From: a virus
Lineage: Duplodnaviria; Caudoviricetes
Strand: one strand, 5' to 3'
Virus record (IMG/VR): IMGVR_UViG_3300020042_010029
Location: 1 to 43,715 of that record
DNA: 43,715 bases
Made by a program: the position numbers and the translations under genes
Shown: in pieces, positions 18,925 to 27,875 of the stretch
Layout of the letters: every line of letters starts with the position of its first letter
Numbering within the stretch: position 1 is the stretch's first letter
Notes under the pieces: model-generated
Told to the model about the DNA's origin: nothing
Database searches by the model: none
What the model saw: only the letters and a program-made list of their open reading frames with translations

Positions 18925-19119
18925 ATGCACGTAATTATAATGAATTATACAATACCAAAGGTATTTGTAGTTGACATGACCGACATGGAATTCAACAAAT
19001 TTAAAGAACACGGTGAGCTAATGGACAACGAAGGCAACCTAATATACAACGAGTCAACTTGCCATTATATGAGTAGCACAGATGAGATTGAAATTGAATA
19101 CTTAGAAACCCAATACTAA
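18925..19119 (+). CDS. Hypothetical acidic protein, 64 aa
   Basis: ORF with A-rich leader. Confidence 0.65.
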   Translation: MHVIIMNYTIPKVFVVDMTDMEFNKFKEHGELMDNEGNLIYNESTCHYMSSTDEIEIEYLETQY

Positions 19120-19141
19120 CACAATTTAAAAAACAGAAACC

Positions 19142-19780
19142 ATGATTGAATCATTAGAATCAAAACTAAAAAAGGTACGCAACGAGCATAAGCTTGAAGT
19201 AATGGCCAAAGAGAAGCTTGAAGGCTTGAAAGTACTAACGTTTATCAGCGAATTCAAGAACAAAACTACAAAAAACGTTGTAGTTGACTTGTTAGAATTG
19301 GAAGATAGTAAAATCACCGAATCAATAAAGTTGGTCCTGCAACAGATTCCTGCTTTAAAATCCAACGCTTCGTTCGAATTGTCAAATAAGACAATCAATA
19401 CGCACTCTCCATTTATCTTTAAATTCGATAACAACTGTAAATACAAGCAGTATTGCAATTTAGAGTACAAAAGTCTTGGAAGCGTTGAGGTTACAATCAA
19501 AATTCCTTTAGAGTATTATGATAAGGGTGAGCTTTCGTGCGAAACTCGACCTATAACAGAGTCAGAACACCATTATTTTGTAGGTTGTAGCAATAAAGAG
19601 TTGAGTAATATCAGAGTATACAGATATTGGTTCAGGGACTTTGGTACTATGAAGTACTATGGCGGCTCAGTAACAAATTATTGCAGCAGCGTTGGAGATA
19701 AAGAAGCCTTTGAGTTTATTATTGTGAACGGCTCATGTAAAGAACATTTAGCAGACCATTTAATCAATAAAATCAAGTAA
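19142..19780 (+). CDS. Hypothetical protein, 212 aa
   Basis: Long ORF with AAAAACAGAAACC leader. Confidence 0.75.
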   Translation: MIESLESKLKKVRNEHKLEVMAKEKLEGLKVLTFISEFKNKTTKNVVVDLLELEDSKITESIKLVLQQIPALKSNASFELSNKTINTHSPFIFKFDNNCKYKQYCNLEYKSLGSVEVTIKIPLEYYDKGELSCETRPITESEHHYFVGCSNKELSNIRVYRYWFRDFGTMKYYGGSVTNYCSSVGDKEAFEFIIVNGSCKEHLADHLINKIK

Positions 19781-19781
19781 T

Positions 19782-20078
19782 ATGGAAATAATATCAATTC
19801 AACGTCCATCAAACGCCAAAGGTAAAGAATGGATAAACTGCGCTATTCAAGAAATCAACCTAAAACCTTTAAAAAACGAAGGAAGCATTGTAGTTTATGG
19901 TATTGCGCAAAACAACAACGCAAATACTCGCATCGCTTTCAACGATTTAAAAAGCCTAATTGACGGAAATGAGATTCTATCAAATCACGGTTATTATAAG
20001 TTGAAGATTCCACGTGATCAGCCCGAATTTGAGAAAACTATCAAGCTATTCCAAGAACTAACCAAAATTAAATTCTAA
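19782..20078 (+). CDS. Hypothetical protein, 98 aa
   Basis: Coupled ORF. Confidence 0.7.
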   Translation: MEIISIQRPSNAKGKEWINCAIQEINLKPLKNEGSIVVYGIAQNNNANTRIAFNDLKSLIDGNEILSNHGYYKLKIPRDQPEFEKTIKLFQELTKIKF

Positions 20079-20284
20079 TGATACAAGTTAAATGTAATAA
20101 GAAGCTAATGCACGAAGACGGCACTGAGAGCTTCACAAAAGGTAATGTATACGACGTTATAAACGTGCCGCACTATGAGTCTTCCAAGACTTATATCGTA
20201 ACCAACCATACTACCTGCTTAAATAACCAAGGACAGCCGCACCGATTAGCGTTGTGGTCAAATCATTTCAAACTAAACTATTAA
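20078..20284 (+). CDS. Hypothetical protein, 68 aa
   Basis: TAATG overlap; VKC...FTKGNVY pattern common in small phage beta proteins. Confidence 0.65.
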   Translation: MIQVKCNKKLMHEDGTESFTKGNVYDVINVPHYESSKTYIVTNHTTCLNNQGQPHRLALWSNHFKLNY

Positions 20285-20287
20285 ACT

Positions 20288-20497
20288 ATGGCAAAAAACA
20301 ATTTTACGCCTGATAGGGCGTTGAACCCCCCTGAAGATGATAGTAAGTATGCCCAATGCGACGATTGTTGCGGAGAAGGCAAAATATTGAGTCAATCGGA
20401 CGGCGATGAAGAAACAGACCAATTTGAGTTCGAAAAGTGCCCAACCTGTGGCGGCGATGGCGTTATTGAAAGAGAGGAGGATGGCGATGATTGGTAG
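20288..20497 (+). CDS. Acidic DnaJ-type zinc-finger protein, 69 aa
   Basis: CDDCCGEG and CPTCGGDG (CxxCxGxG twice). Confidence 0.7.
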   Translation: MAKNNFTPDRALNPPEDDSKYAQCDDCCGEGKILSQSDGDEETDQFEFEKCPTCGGDGVIEREEDGDDW

Positions 20498-20702
20498 CAA
20501 CAGAGTATACAACTACAGAGCCTGCGTTGTTTGCAAGACCACCGATATAGGCATTCAGAAAATAGATTTGACTGTGACGTCAGATTTAATCTGCCTAGAG
20601 TGCGCTAAAAACATGACCGTTGGGCAGTTTACTAAACTTTTCAATTGGAAGCCTACATTAATTCAAAATAAATTATTAATCCAAATAACAAAACCCATAT
20701 AA
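20487..20702 (+). CDS. Small zinc-finger protein
   Basis: CVVC...CLEC; probable start MIGSN at 20487. Confidence 0.55.
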   Translation: MIGSNRVYNYRACVVCKTTDIGIQKIDLTVTSDLICLECAKNMTVGQFTKLFNWKPTLIQNKLLIQITKPI

Positions 20703-20704
20703 CA

Positions 20705-20932
20705 ATGGCAAATAAGCAAATATTAATCACGAAGGCTCAAATAGAATTGGACTTCAATGTAAATTCAGCTATTAAAAATAAAGTGTCTTTAGCAAGAAAG
20801 ATTGGCAATATAACCGATACCAAAGAACGAATAATGGGCTCAATGGTTGAAGATATGCACAGTTTGGAGCAAATGCTGAAGCGTAAAAAATTGACTATGT
20901 CTGATTTAATCACATTTATAAACTCTAAATAA
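20705..20932 (+). CDS. Hypothetical protein, 75 aa
   Basis: Coupled ORF. Confidence 0.65.
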   Translation: MANKQILITKAQIELDFNVNSAIKNKVSLARKIGNITDTKERIMGSMVEDMHSLEQMLKRKKLTMSDLITFINSK

Positions 20933-21204
20933 TGGGAAATAGCAAACTACTCAACGTTTTATCGGACCAAACTATTGCAGAGATTGTAGATATACAGAAG
21001 GCTGCGATGATCATAGCTTCAAATGGCATAGATTCCAAAATAAATATCTATAAACGTCCAGTACAATTATGGCTATTACAAACACTAGCGAACCATTTTA
21101 AAGTAGAGATTGTACCTGCTGATAAATTATACAGCACGCCTGCTTATATAGCATTAAAAACAAATTCCTGCAATGTAATCGTCCAATTAGAAACCAATAA
21201 ATAA
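20932..21204 (+). CDS. Hypothetical protein, 90 aa
   Basis: TAATG overlap. Confidence 0.65.
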   Translation: MGNSKLLNVLSDQTIAEIVDIQKAAMIIASNGIDSKINIYKRPVQLWLLQTLANHFKVEIVPADKLYSTPAYIALKTNSCNVIVQLETNK

Positions 21205-21210
21205 CATAAA

Positions 21211-21372
21211 ATGACTTGTATGCACTTACCAACCTATGAAGAACTCAGCGTGATAGAAAAAATCTACCTGAAGCAATGTGCTATTAATGTAAACGGCAAA
21301 AACAGCCATTTTAAGAAGCCAAACGAATTGAACACTTTAAACGTTTTACAAATTAATTATCTCTTATCTTAA
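21211..21372 (+). CDS. Hypothetical protein, 53 aa (not in the ORF track)
   Basis: MTCMHLPTYEELSVIEKIYLKQC... fills the gap. Confidence 0.5.
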   Translation: MTCMHLPTYEELSVIEKIYLKQCAINVNGKNSHFKKPNELNTLNVLQINYLLS

Positions 21373-21389
21373 CAACAAAAACAAACAAA

Positions 21390-22064
21390 ATGAAAACAGA
21401 AACCAACAACAAGCTTGTAACTATTGCCGAGCTATTCTCAGAGCAATTAGAAACCGCAAAGAAGTCAGAAGACTTGAATCAATTACTTAACCAAGAGCCA
21501 AAAAAAGAATGGATTAAGCAGCACCCGTTCGTCAAAACGCACTTTTACCTGCCTATTGACAAGATTGAGTACATGCTAAGACGCATTTTCAAACACACTC
21601 GCATCGAAGTAACCAACCAAGGTACTGCGTTTAATGGCGTTTGGGTAACAGTTCGGGTTCACTATATGAATCCTGCTACAAATACGATGGAATTTCACGA
21701 CGGCATTGGAGCTACTCAACTGCAAACTGCCAAGGGTACAAGCCCTGCTGACCTAATTAATATCAACAACGGTGCTATTTCAATGGCGTTCCCGATTGCA
21801 AAAACAGAAGCTATCAAGGACGCTTGCCACCATTTCGGTAAATTATTTGGAGCCGACATCAATAGAGCTGGTGCTCTTGCCTTTACTTATGATGATTCGC
21901 TGAATAACGACGACAAACTTGTCAAGATTATTGAATTATTGGAACAAAAAGCAGAGTTATTGGATTCTACCTCATATAACAACATTAAAGAGGTTATTGA
22001 CGGCAAGGTAACTCGTGACTACAACAAAGTATTAACATTATTAACTAATCTAACAACCGTATAA
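21390..22064 (+). CDS. Rad52/Sak-like single-strand annealing recombinase
   Basis: YLPIDKIEYMLRRIF, HDGIGA, AKTEAIKDACHHFGKLFGADIN; adjacent to the exonuclease gene. Confidence 0.8.
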   Translation: MKTETNNKLVTIAELFSEQLETAKKSEDLNQLLNQEPKKEWIKQHPFVKTHFYLPIDKIEYMLRRIFKHTRIEVTNQGTAFNGVWVTVRVHYMNPATNTMEFHDGIGATQLQTAKGTSPADLININNGAISMAFPIAKTEAIKDACHHFGKLFGADINRAGALAFTYDDSLNNDDKLVKIIELLEQKAELLDSTSYNNIKEVIDGKVTRDYNKVLTLLTNLTTV

Positions 22065-22066
22065 AC

Positions 22067-22801
22067 ATGGGAATTACAACAAACGAAAACAGAATTGGTA
22101 AGTTTACCTCATCAGAGATTTGGAAACTTACAAAGAAAGCCGTTGACAAAACGAAATTCGGTGCGCCTGCTCTTGCGTATATCCAAGAAAAAAAGTACGA
22201 AGCTAAATTGAAACGCTCGTTAAGTGTGGAAGCGGCAAGTAAGCCGATGAAATGGGGGACGTTTTTAGAGTCAAGAGTACACGATTTATTGCCATTAGGC
22301 TATAAACATACTTTTGATGAAACGCTAAACCATCCATTTTTTAAGTGTTGGGCAGGCTCACCCGATTCGAAAGTACCTGCAGAAAGTGTAGTTTGCGATA
22401 TGAAATGCCCTCAACCAAAAGCGTTTTGTGAGCTTGTAGACAATTTGACCAAGGCAGTTACCTACTCAGATATTGATTATTTCAGGAAAAATCACCCCGA
22501 ATATTATTGGCAATTAGTCTCAAACGCATTGATTACAGAGAGTAAATTCATTGAGTTGATAGTCTATATGCCGTATGAGTCAGAGCTGCCTGAGATTAGA
22601 CAAGCTGCAGAAAACTTTGATGGCTTAGATCAATGGAAATACAGATTCATTAGTGAGAGTTCGAATGAAGAATTGGCTTATTTGCCTGATAATTCAGAGT
22701 ATAAGAATCTTAATATTTTTAGATTCCCACTAAACCAGGAAGACGCAGAGTTTTTAACTCAATGCGTTGTTAAAGCCAACATAGAATTACAGAAACCTTA
22801 A
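22067..22801 (+). CDS. YqaJ/lambda-type exonuclease
   Basis: RIGKFTSSE, MKWGTFLE, GSPD, DMKCP, YYWQL. Confidence 0.88.
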   Translation: MGITTNENRIGKFTSSEIWKLTKKAVDKTKFGAPALAYIQEKKYEAKLKRSLSVEAASKPMKWGTFLESRVHDLLPLGYKHTFDETLNHPFFKCWAGSPDSKVPAESVVCDMKCPQPKAFCELVDNLTKAVTYSDIDYFRKNHPEYYWQLVSNALITESKFIELIVYMPYESELPEIRQAAENFDGLDQWKYRFISESSNEELAYLPDNSEYKNLNIFRFPLNQEDAEFLTQCVVKANIELQKP

Positions 22802-22824
22802 TATAAACCATAAAAAACAGACAA

Positions 22825-23958
22825 ATGAAAACAGAAAATTTAGATTTAATGGCTAAGCCAATCGAAGAACAAAACATCAGCGACGACAAAGCAGCAATGC
22901 TTCGAAAAGCCTTTGACCCAATGCTCAATACCTTGGATAGTATTGAAGAAGAGTATCAAGCTATTGTCAAAATGGATATGAGTACACACACGAGCAAGTT
23001 AGCTCGTGAGCTTCGCTTGCGATTAGTGAAAGTTAGAACGGGTACAGCAGGAGTTCACAAGGAACAAAAGGCTGAGGTGCTAAGATTGGGCAGAGCTATT
23101 GACGGAATCAAGAATGTAGTTGAGTTCGCTGTTGTTTCCAAGGAAGAGGAGTTGGAAAAGATTGAAACGTATTTCGAACGTATGGCAGAACAAGAGAGAG
23201 AGCAAATAAAGGCTGAAAGAACACAGATTTTAGCTCAGTTCGAAGGTGTTAATCCCGAATTTTATGATTTAGCCAACATGGAGCCTGAATTGTTTGAAAA
23301 ATTAGTGTCCGACCAAACCGAGTTGAAAGAGTTTAGATTGATGAAGGAACAAAAAGCAGAAGCCGACCGAATAGAAGCCGAACGAATTGCCATAGAGCAG
23401 GCAGAAATTGACCGTAAACAACGATTGAAGGATGAGTTGGAACGTAAGTTGGCTGAAGAAAAAAGAGCTGCAGAATTGAAGGAAATTGCGTTAAAAAACG
23501 AAGCGTTGGAAAAGCAGGCAAAGGAAGCCCAAGCCAAATTAGAAGCCGAACGCAAAGAAGCAGATGAAAAAATCAGAATAGCAACCGAGAAGCTTGAAAA
23601 GACACGCAAAGAAGCCGAACAAAAGCAACAGAATGAGCTGAGAGCCATCCAAGAGAAGGCTACTGCTGATAGAATAGCTGCTGAAAACAAAGCAAAGGAA
23701 GCCGCTGATAGACAGAAAGCATTGGAAGACCAAATACAGCAAAAACAGTTAGCTGAATTTAAAGCAAAGCAGGAAGCAGAAGCCAAGATTCAAGCTGAGT
23801 TATCAATGGCTGATAAACCAAAAATGGTTGCTTTGTTACAATCTATTGAAGACTTGAAGACAAAGTATACATTCAAGGCTGCTAAATACAATAAATTGCA
23901 GGAATCAATCAACGAGTTGTTGGATAAGACAGTTATCTATGCTAACTCAAAACTCTAA
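22825..23958 (+). CDS. Long coiled-coil protein, 377 aa
   Basis: E/K/A-rich heptads; follows the recombination genes. Confidence 0.7.
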   Translation: MKTENLDLMAKPIEEQNISDDKAAMLRKAFDPMLNTLDSIEEEYQAIVKMDMSTHTSKLARELRLRLVKVRTGTAGVHKEQKAEVLRLGRAIDGIKNVVEFAVVSKEEELEKIETYFERMAEQEREQIKAERTQILAQFEGVNPEFYDLANMEPELFEKLVSDQTELKEFRLMKEQKAEADRIEAERIAIEQAEIDRKQRLKDELERKLAEEKRAAELKEIALKNEALEKQAKEAQAKLEAERKEADEKIRIATEKLEKTRKEAEQKQQNELRAIQEKATADRIAAENKAKEAADRQKALEDQIQQKQLAEFKAKQEAEAKIQAELSMADKPKMVALLQSIEDLKTKYTFKAAKYNKLQESINELLDKTVIYANSKL

Positions 23959-23965
23959 AATTATC

Positions 23966-23997
23966 GGGAATGGTGTAATAGCCATTCCCTTTTTTTT
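23966..23997 (+). terminator. Rho-independent terminator
   Basis: GGGAATGG-tgtaatag-CCATTCCC plus T8. Confidence 0.9.
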
Positions 23998-24033
23998 CAT
24001 TATTTTTATATCACCATTAAAAACAGTTAACCT

Positions 24034-24777
24034 ATGGCCAAGGACAAAAAAAGTTTTGTATTGTATGCAGACCTCATCCATACAATAGAAAAAATGCCTG
24101 ATAATTCAGCAGGCAAATTATTTAAGCATGTACTTTTGTATGTAAACGACAAGAATCCTACAACAGATGATATCTTAGTTGAACTAACTTTTGAGCCTAT
24201 CAAGCAACAGCTCAAACGAGATTTGGCAAAATATGAGATTAAACGTGAGCAATGGTCGGAAGCAGGCAAACGGTCAGCAGAAGCGAAAAAAGCAGCTAAA
24301 GTCCCTGATACCAACAAAGAAGCTACGTCAACGGAAGGTAACGAAGCTCAACGACCGTTAACGAACGTTAACGAAATTCAACGACCGTTAACGGTTGTTA
24401 ATTCCGTTGCAACGGATTCAACTGTAACTGTTAATGATAATGTTAATGTTAATGTTAATGTAACTGTTAAAAATAATATAGATACACGAAAACTGAAGTT
24501 TTCGGAATCCCTTAAACCTTACCTTGGTGTTTACGGCAAGGAAATGTTAAACGATTTTTACCTATATTGGACCGAGCCGACAAATAACGGTCAAAAGTTC
24601 CGAAGGGAATTACAAAAAACTTGGGACGTCGCAAGACGTTTGAAAACGTGGTCATCAAATAATTTCAATAAACCAGCTCAAAGCGGAAATATTATTCAAA
24701 AAGCCGTGGAAGGACACAATAAAGCGATGAGCATAATCGACCAAATGTATGGAGAATCAACTGACAATAACGGATAG
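24034..24777 (+). CDS. Replication initiator (DUF6291-like N-terminus, lambda O analogue)
   Basis: KKSFVLYAD...AGKLFKHVLLY N-domain, low-complexity linker with DNA repeats, C-terminal FYLYWTE...WDVARRLKTW domain. Confidence 0.75.
   Translation: MAKDKKSFVLYADLIHTIEKMPDNSAGKLFKHVLLYVNDKNPTTDDILVELTFEPIKQQLKRDLAKYEIKREQWSEAGKRSAEAKKAAKVPDTNKEATSTEGNEAQRPLTNVNEIQRPLTVVNSVATDSTVTVNDNVNVNVNVTVKNNIDTRKLKFSESLKPYLGVYGKEMLNDFYLYWTEPTNNGQKFRRELQKTWDVARRLKTWSSNNFNKPAQSGNIIQKAVEGHNKAMSIIDQMYGESTDNNG
24328..24470. repeat. Iteron-like repeats, putative replication origin
   Basis: TCAACGACCGTTAACG at 24348 and 24378, degenerate copy at 24328, followed by AT-rich (AATGTT)n. Confidence 0.6.
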
Positions 24778-25630
24778 AACGGCAATAAGCCAAATGCCGC
24801 AGCAGCTTCAAAAATACGCTCTCGCAAAAGAGGGCGAAATTGTGGCTAAGATGAGCGTAAAGTTTGCTATAAAAAGCATTTACGAAGTTATCGCTAAAAC
24901 GCTTGTAGATACAGGTGTTCGTAATATTCAAGACCAAGAGCAAGTTATTGTAAATATTGCAGATTCGGTGTATAAGCTAATCTGTGATAAATACAAAACT
25001 TTGACCATTAACGAACTAAGGTTAGTGTGTTTTAACGGGGCTTTGGAAGAGTATGGAAAGTACTTTGGTATAAACTTAAAAACAGTCAGCGATTGGCTAA
25101 AAGGGTATTTAAACGACGAAAATAAAAAGAAAGCTATGGCAGAATGGAATAGATTGATTGATTTAGTACAAGTTAAGAAGTACTCAGATGAGCAAAAAGA
25201 GTTCATCGTATTGGACGGATGCGTGAATTTCTTTGAGGAATATAAGCAGGCAGGAATCCTCAAACAAATATTGGTTCCTGCAGATAGTTTGGCAGCCGTG
25301 TTTTACGATACGCTAAAAGACAGAAAACTGTTGATCTTCGCAAAGGAACGTAAGTTACAAATTTACGATGAAGCTGAGATACTGTACAAAAAGAAGTTAG
25401 CTGAAGCAAGAGATAACAGAAAAATCAAGTTTGAGCAAAAGGATATGGACAATATGCTTGATATGATTGCTAATAACGCAAACAAGTCCTTCGCTAACTT
25501 GTGTAAACGCTTATCTCTGTATAAGTACTTTGACGATTTGATTGAAATGGACCAAGATATGGCAAGTTTAATTTTAGAAACCTCAACCAATACAATATTC
25601 AATGAAAAGTACAAAGCCAAAAGCGTGTAA
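24749..25630 (+). CDS. Putative helicase loader/replication protein, 293 aa
   Basis: Overlaps the initiator gene (O/P-like arrangement); helical. Confidence 0.45.
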   Translation: MENQLTITDRTAISQMPQQLQKYALAKEGEIVAKMSVKFAIKSIYEVIAKTLVDTGVRNIQDQEQVIVNIADSVYKLICDKYKTLTINELRLVCFNGALEEYGKYFGINLKTVSDWLKGYLNDENKKKAMAEWNRLIDLVQVKKYSDEQKEFIVLDGCVNFFEEYKQAGILKQILVPADSLAAVFYDTLKDRKLLIFAKERKLQIYDEAEILYKKKLAEARDNRKIKFEQKDMDNMLDMIANNANKSFANLCKRLSLYKYFDDLIEMDQDMASLILETSTNTIFNEKYKAKSV

Positions 25631-26165
25631 GCAATGTGGGAATCTGTTTAAGCAAACTTATTCAACGCTCCAAGTAACTTGTAGTATCAAGTGTACTCTT
25701 GCCTTCAACGATAAAAAAGAGGTTGATAAACGTGTAAGAGCCATGAAAACGGAACTTGAAGGTATTAAAATATTGGAGTCTGCAGCAAGAACGATATTCC
25801 AAAAGTGGATTCGCGCACGGGACTCAAAGCTTCCGTGTATCTCTTGCGACAGAACTACAACTAAACAATGGGATGGCGGACATTATTTCAAGGCTGAGCT
25901 GTATACGGGCTTAATTTTCGATGAAAGGAATTGTAATAAGCAATGCAGCGAATGTAATGGAGTTAATATGCACGGAAACCTTATTGGATACAGAAAAGGG
26001 CTTGTAAAGAGATTCGGAGCAGCCCACGTTGAACAACTAGAAAGCGAAGCGGATTCGCAAAGGGTGTATAAATTCACCAGGTCGGAACTGATTGACATAG
26101 CAAACAAGTATAAACTCAAACTAAAAACAGAATATGGACACTTGGACACAAATAAGAGCAGCTAA
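25602..26165 (+). CDS. ninG: NinG/Rap-like recombination endonuclease
   Basis: N-terminal CKQC..CSIKC; FQKWIRARD..PCISC; DGGHY; NCNKQCSECN; YRKGLVKRFG. Confidence 0.9.
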   Translation: MKSTKPKACKQCGNLFKQTYSTLQVTCSIKCTLAFNDKKEVDKRVRAMKTELEGIKILESAARTIFQKWIRARDSKLPCISCDRTTTKQWDGGHYFKAELYTGLIFDERNCNKQCSECNGVNMHGNLIGYRKGLVKRFGAAHVEQLESEADSQRVYKFTRSELIDIANKYKLKLKTEYGHLDTNKSS

Positions 26166-26775
26166 GCAGGGAATTTTCAACGGGGTTGATTGGCTAATTC
26201 AGCCCGAAAATCAAAAGTTATTCCCTTACCATCACTTTGAATCATTCAGAAAGTTTACTTACAATGGACGCACGCAGAAGCAACGCTTCACGCCAAAAAT
26301 TCACTGTAAATTCTGCAAAGAAGACTTATCAGAATGGGGCAATAGTGAGTATTACACAGCCTATATATTAGTAGAATCTGAAACGCAAATAAGCGCATGT
26401 TGTCCGCAATGTCTGCCTGAAATTTCGCTTGATTATAATGAGCAAATACACGGTTTCAGAAACGAAATAACACTACCTACACAGTTCGAAAACAACTTGC
26501 TTTATAATATTGTATTTGACACAATAGTTCGCCAAAATAGATTCGAATTCAACAAGTATATTGGAAAGAAAGTGCCTGAACACTTTGTAAAACGTGTGCA
26601 GGATTCATTCTCAGGCGGTGCCAACGGGAGTTACATTTACGACTACTCAGCAAAGGGGTTGAGATACGCTAAAGATTTTGACGAGTCTTATGCCTACGCC
26701 ACAAGAAACGAAGTACTAAATATTGTAAAATCAATACTAGACAACCAAAGTAATCATCAATTAACTCTATTCTAA
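26134..26775 (+). CDS. Hypothetical protein with CxxC pair, 213 aa
   Basis: CKFC...CPQC; ends in QLTLF, a beta-clamp-binding-like motif. Confidence 0.65.
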   Translation: MDTWTQIRAAKQGIFNGVDWLIQPENQKLFPYHHFESFRKFTYNGRTQKQRFTPKIHCKFCKEDLSEWGNSEYYTAYILVESETQISACCPQCLPEISLDYNEQIHGFRNEITLPTQFENNLLYNIVFDTIVRQNRFEFNKYIGKKVPEHFVKRVQDSFSGGANGSYIYDYSAKGLRYAKDFDESYAYATRNEVLNIVKSILDNQSNHQLTLF

Positions 26776-26776
26776 C

Positions 26777-27160
26777 ATGAATTTACAGCTATCACTAAAA
26801 AGAAAATGGTTTGATATGACTAAAGCAGGAATAAAAACCGAAGATTACAGAGAGATCAACGAATATTGGATGAGAAGATTGTTTTATGGGCTTGATGACC
26901 ATTATATACAACGTATTTTAGAAGATTTAAAAGAAGGCAAGGCAATAGATTGTATTGGCGACTATCATCTACATTTTCTGAAGGAATTTACACAAAATAC
27001 TATGACACTAGGTTATCCAAAGGCATCAGATACAGATAGAATCTTGATTTTGGAGCATAAAGGTATTGTAATTTCAGAAGGGAATCCCGAATGGGGTGCT
27101 GAAAAAGGCAAGCTATACTTTGTAATTAAACACGGTAAAATTAAAGAATCATGCAGTTAA
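26777..27160 (+). CDS. ASCH-domain protein
   Basis: LSLKRKWFDMTKAGIKTEDYRE (GxKxxExR-like); G.PEWGA. Confidence 0.8.
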   Translation: MNLQLSLKRKWFDMTKAGIKTEDYREINEYWMRRLFYGLDDHYIQRILEDLKEGKAIDCIGDYHLHFLKEFTQNTMTLGYPKASDTDRILILEHKGIVISEGNPEWGAEKGKLYFVIKHGKIKESCS

Positions 27161-27456
27161 CACTAGATTTCATAGATAAGCCAATCAAGGTTATAAAGAA
27201 GACTGTAAAAGCAAAAGCTTTCAAGTCAGAGCATCAAAAATGGGCTGATTTACCAAGAGAATTAAAAGTCAAGGCTTCTATAAAAAATTACTTTTCCCTG
27301 CCTTTACACTGGCGAATCAATCATAAAACTTGGTATTGCTACAACGGGTTGCACTTTTGCGAACAAACGTTCTCTCAAACCTCATATATTACAGATGAAG
27401 GACGATTAATAAGTGAGTTTTACCTTGAATATTATGACACGGGACAATGGAAATAG
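27151..27456 (+). CDS. Hypothetical protein, 101 aa
   Basis: Overlapping ORF; begins MQLTLDF. Confidence 0.6.
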   Translation: MQLTLDFIDKPIKVIKKTVKAKAFKSEHQKWADLPRELKVKASIKNYFSLPLHWRINHKTWYCYNGLHFCEQTFSQTSYITDEGRLISEFYLEYYDTGQWK

Positions 27457-27563
27457 CCTACAAAATTTTGAGATTTATTGTATTTACAGTAGCTCATTTA
27501 ATTACTGCTTTTATTTGCTTTCTAATCTACTTAGAAGCAATAACAGCCTTCTTATCATTTTAA
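27447..27563 (+). CDS. Small hydrophobic protein, 38 aa (not in the ORF track)
   Basis: MEIAYKILRFIVFTVAHLITAFICFLIYLEAITAFLSF. Confidence 0.4.
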   Translation: MEIAYKILRFIVFTVAHLITAFICFLIYLEAITAFLSF

Positions 27564-27591
27564 TATTTTAACCCTCTAAAAACAAACGAAA

Positions 27592-27873
27592 ATGCTCAAA
27601 TTAGACATTTTAAATTACGGCTCAGGATATTACGAACTCAATATTGTTCGAATTATCAAAAGTTTAAAGGATAGCCAAAGCCTATCATCATTTGAAGACA
27701 ACTTTAAACGTGAAGTACAGAATATTCCAAAAAAGCACGCTCTCACCGCAGAAATGTGTTTTAAAATCAAATGGAACGGGGACCAATACACGAATCCGTA
27801 TGCCTTTATTGAGGTATGGCACGTTGATATCGACGGAATGCCTGATAATTTGTTAGCAAGAATCTGTAAATGA
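27592..27873 (+). CDS. Hypothetical protein, 93 aa
   Basis: ORF with A-rich leader. Confidence 0.65.
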   Translation: MLKLDILNYGSGYYELNIVRIIKSLKDSQSLSSFEDNFKREVQNIPKKHALTAEMCFKIKWNGDQYTNPYAFIEVWHVDIDGMPDNLLARICK

Positions 27874-27875
27874 AT

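Noticed and set aside
22825-23958. TolA-like or second tape measure protein
   Set aside because: No TM anchor; similarity would be low-complexity E/K/A coiled coil; it lies in the recombination module
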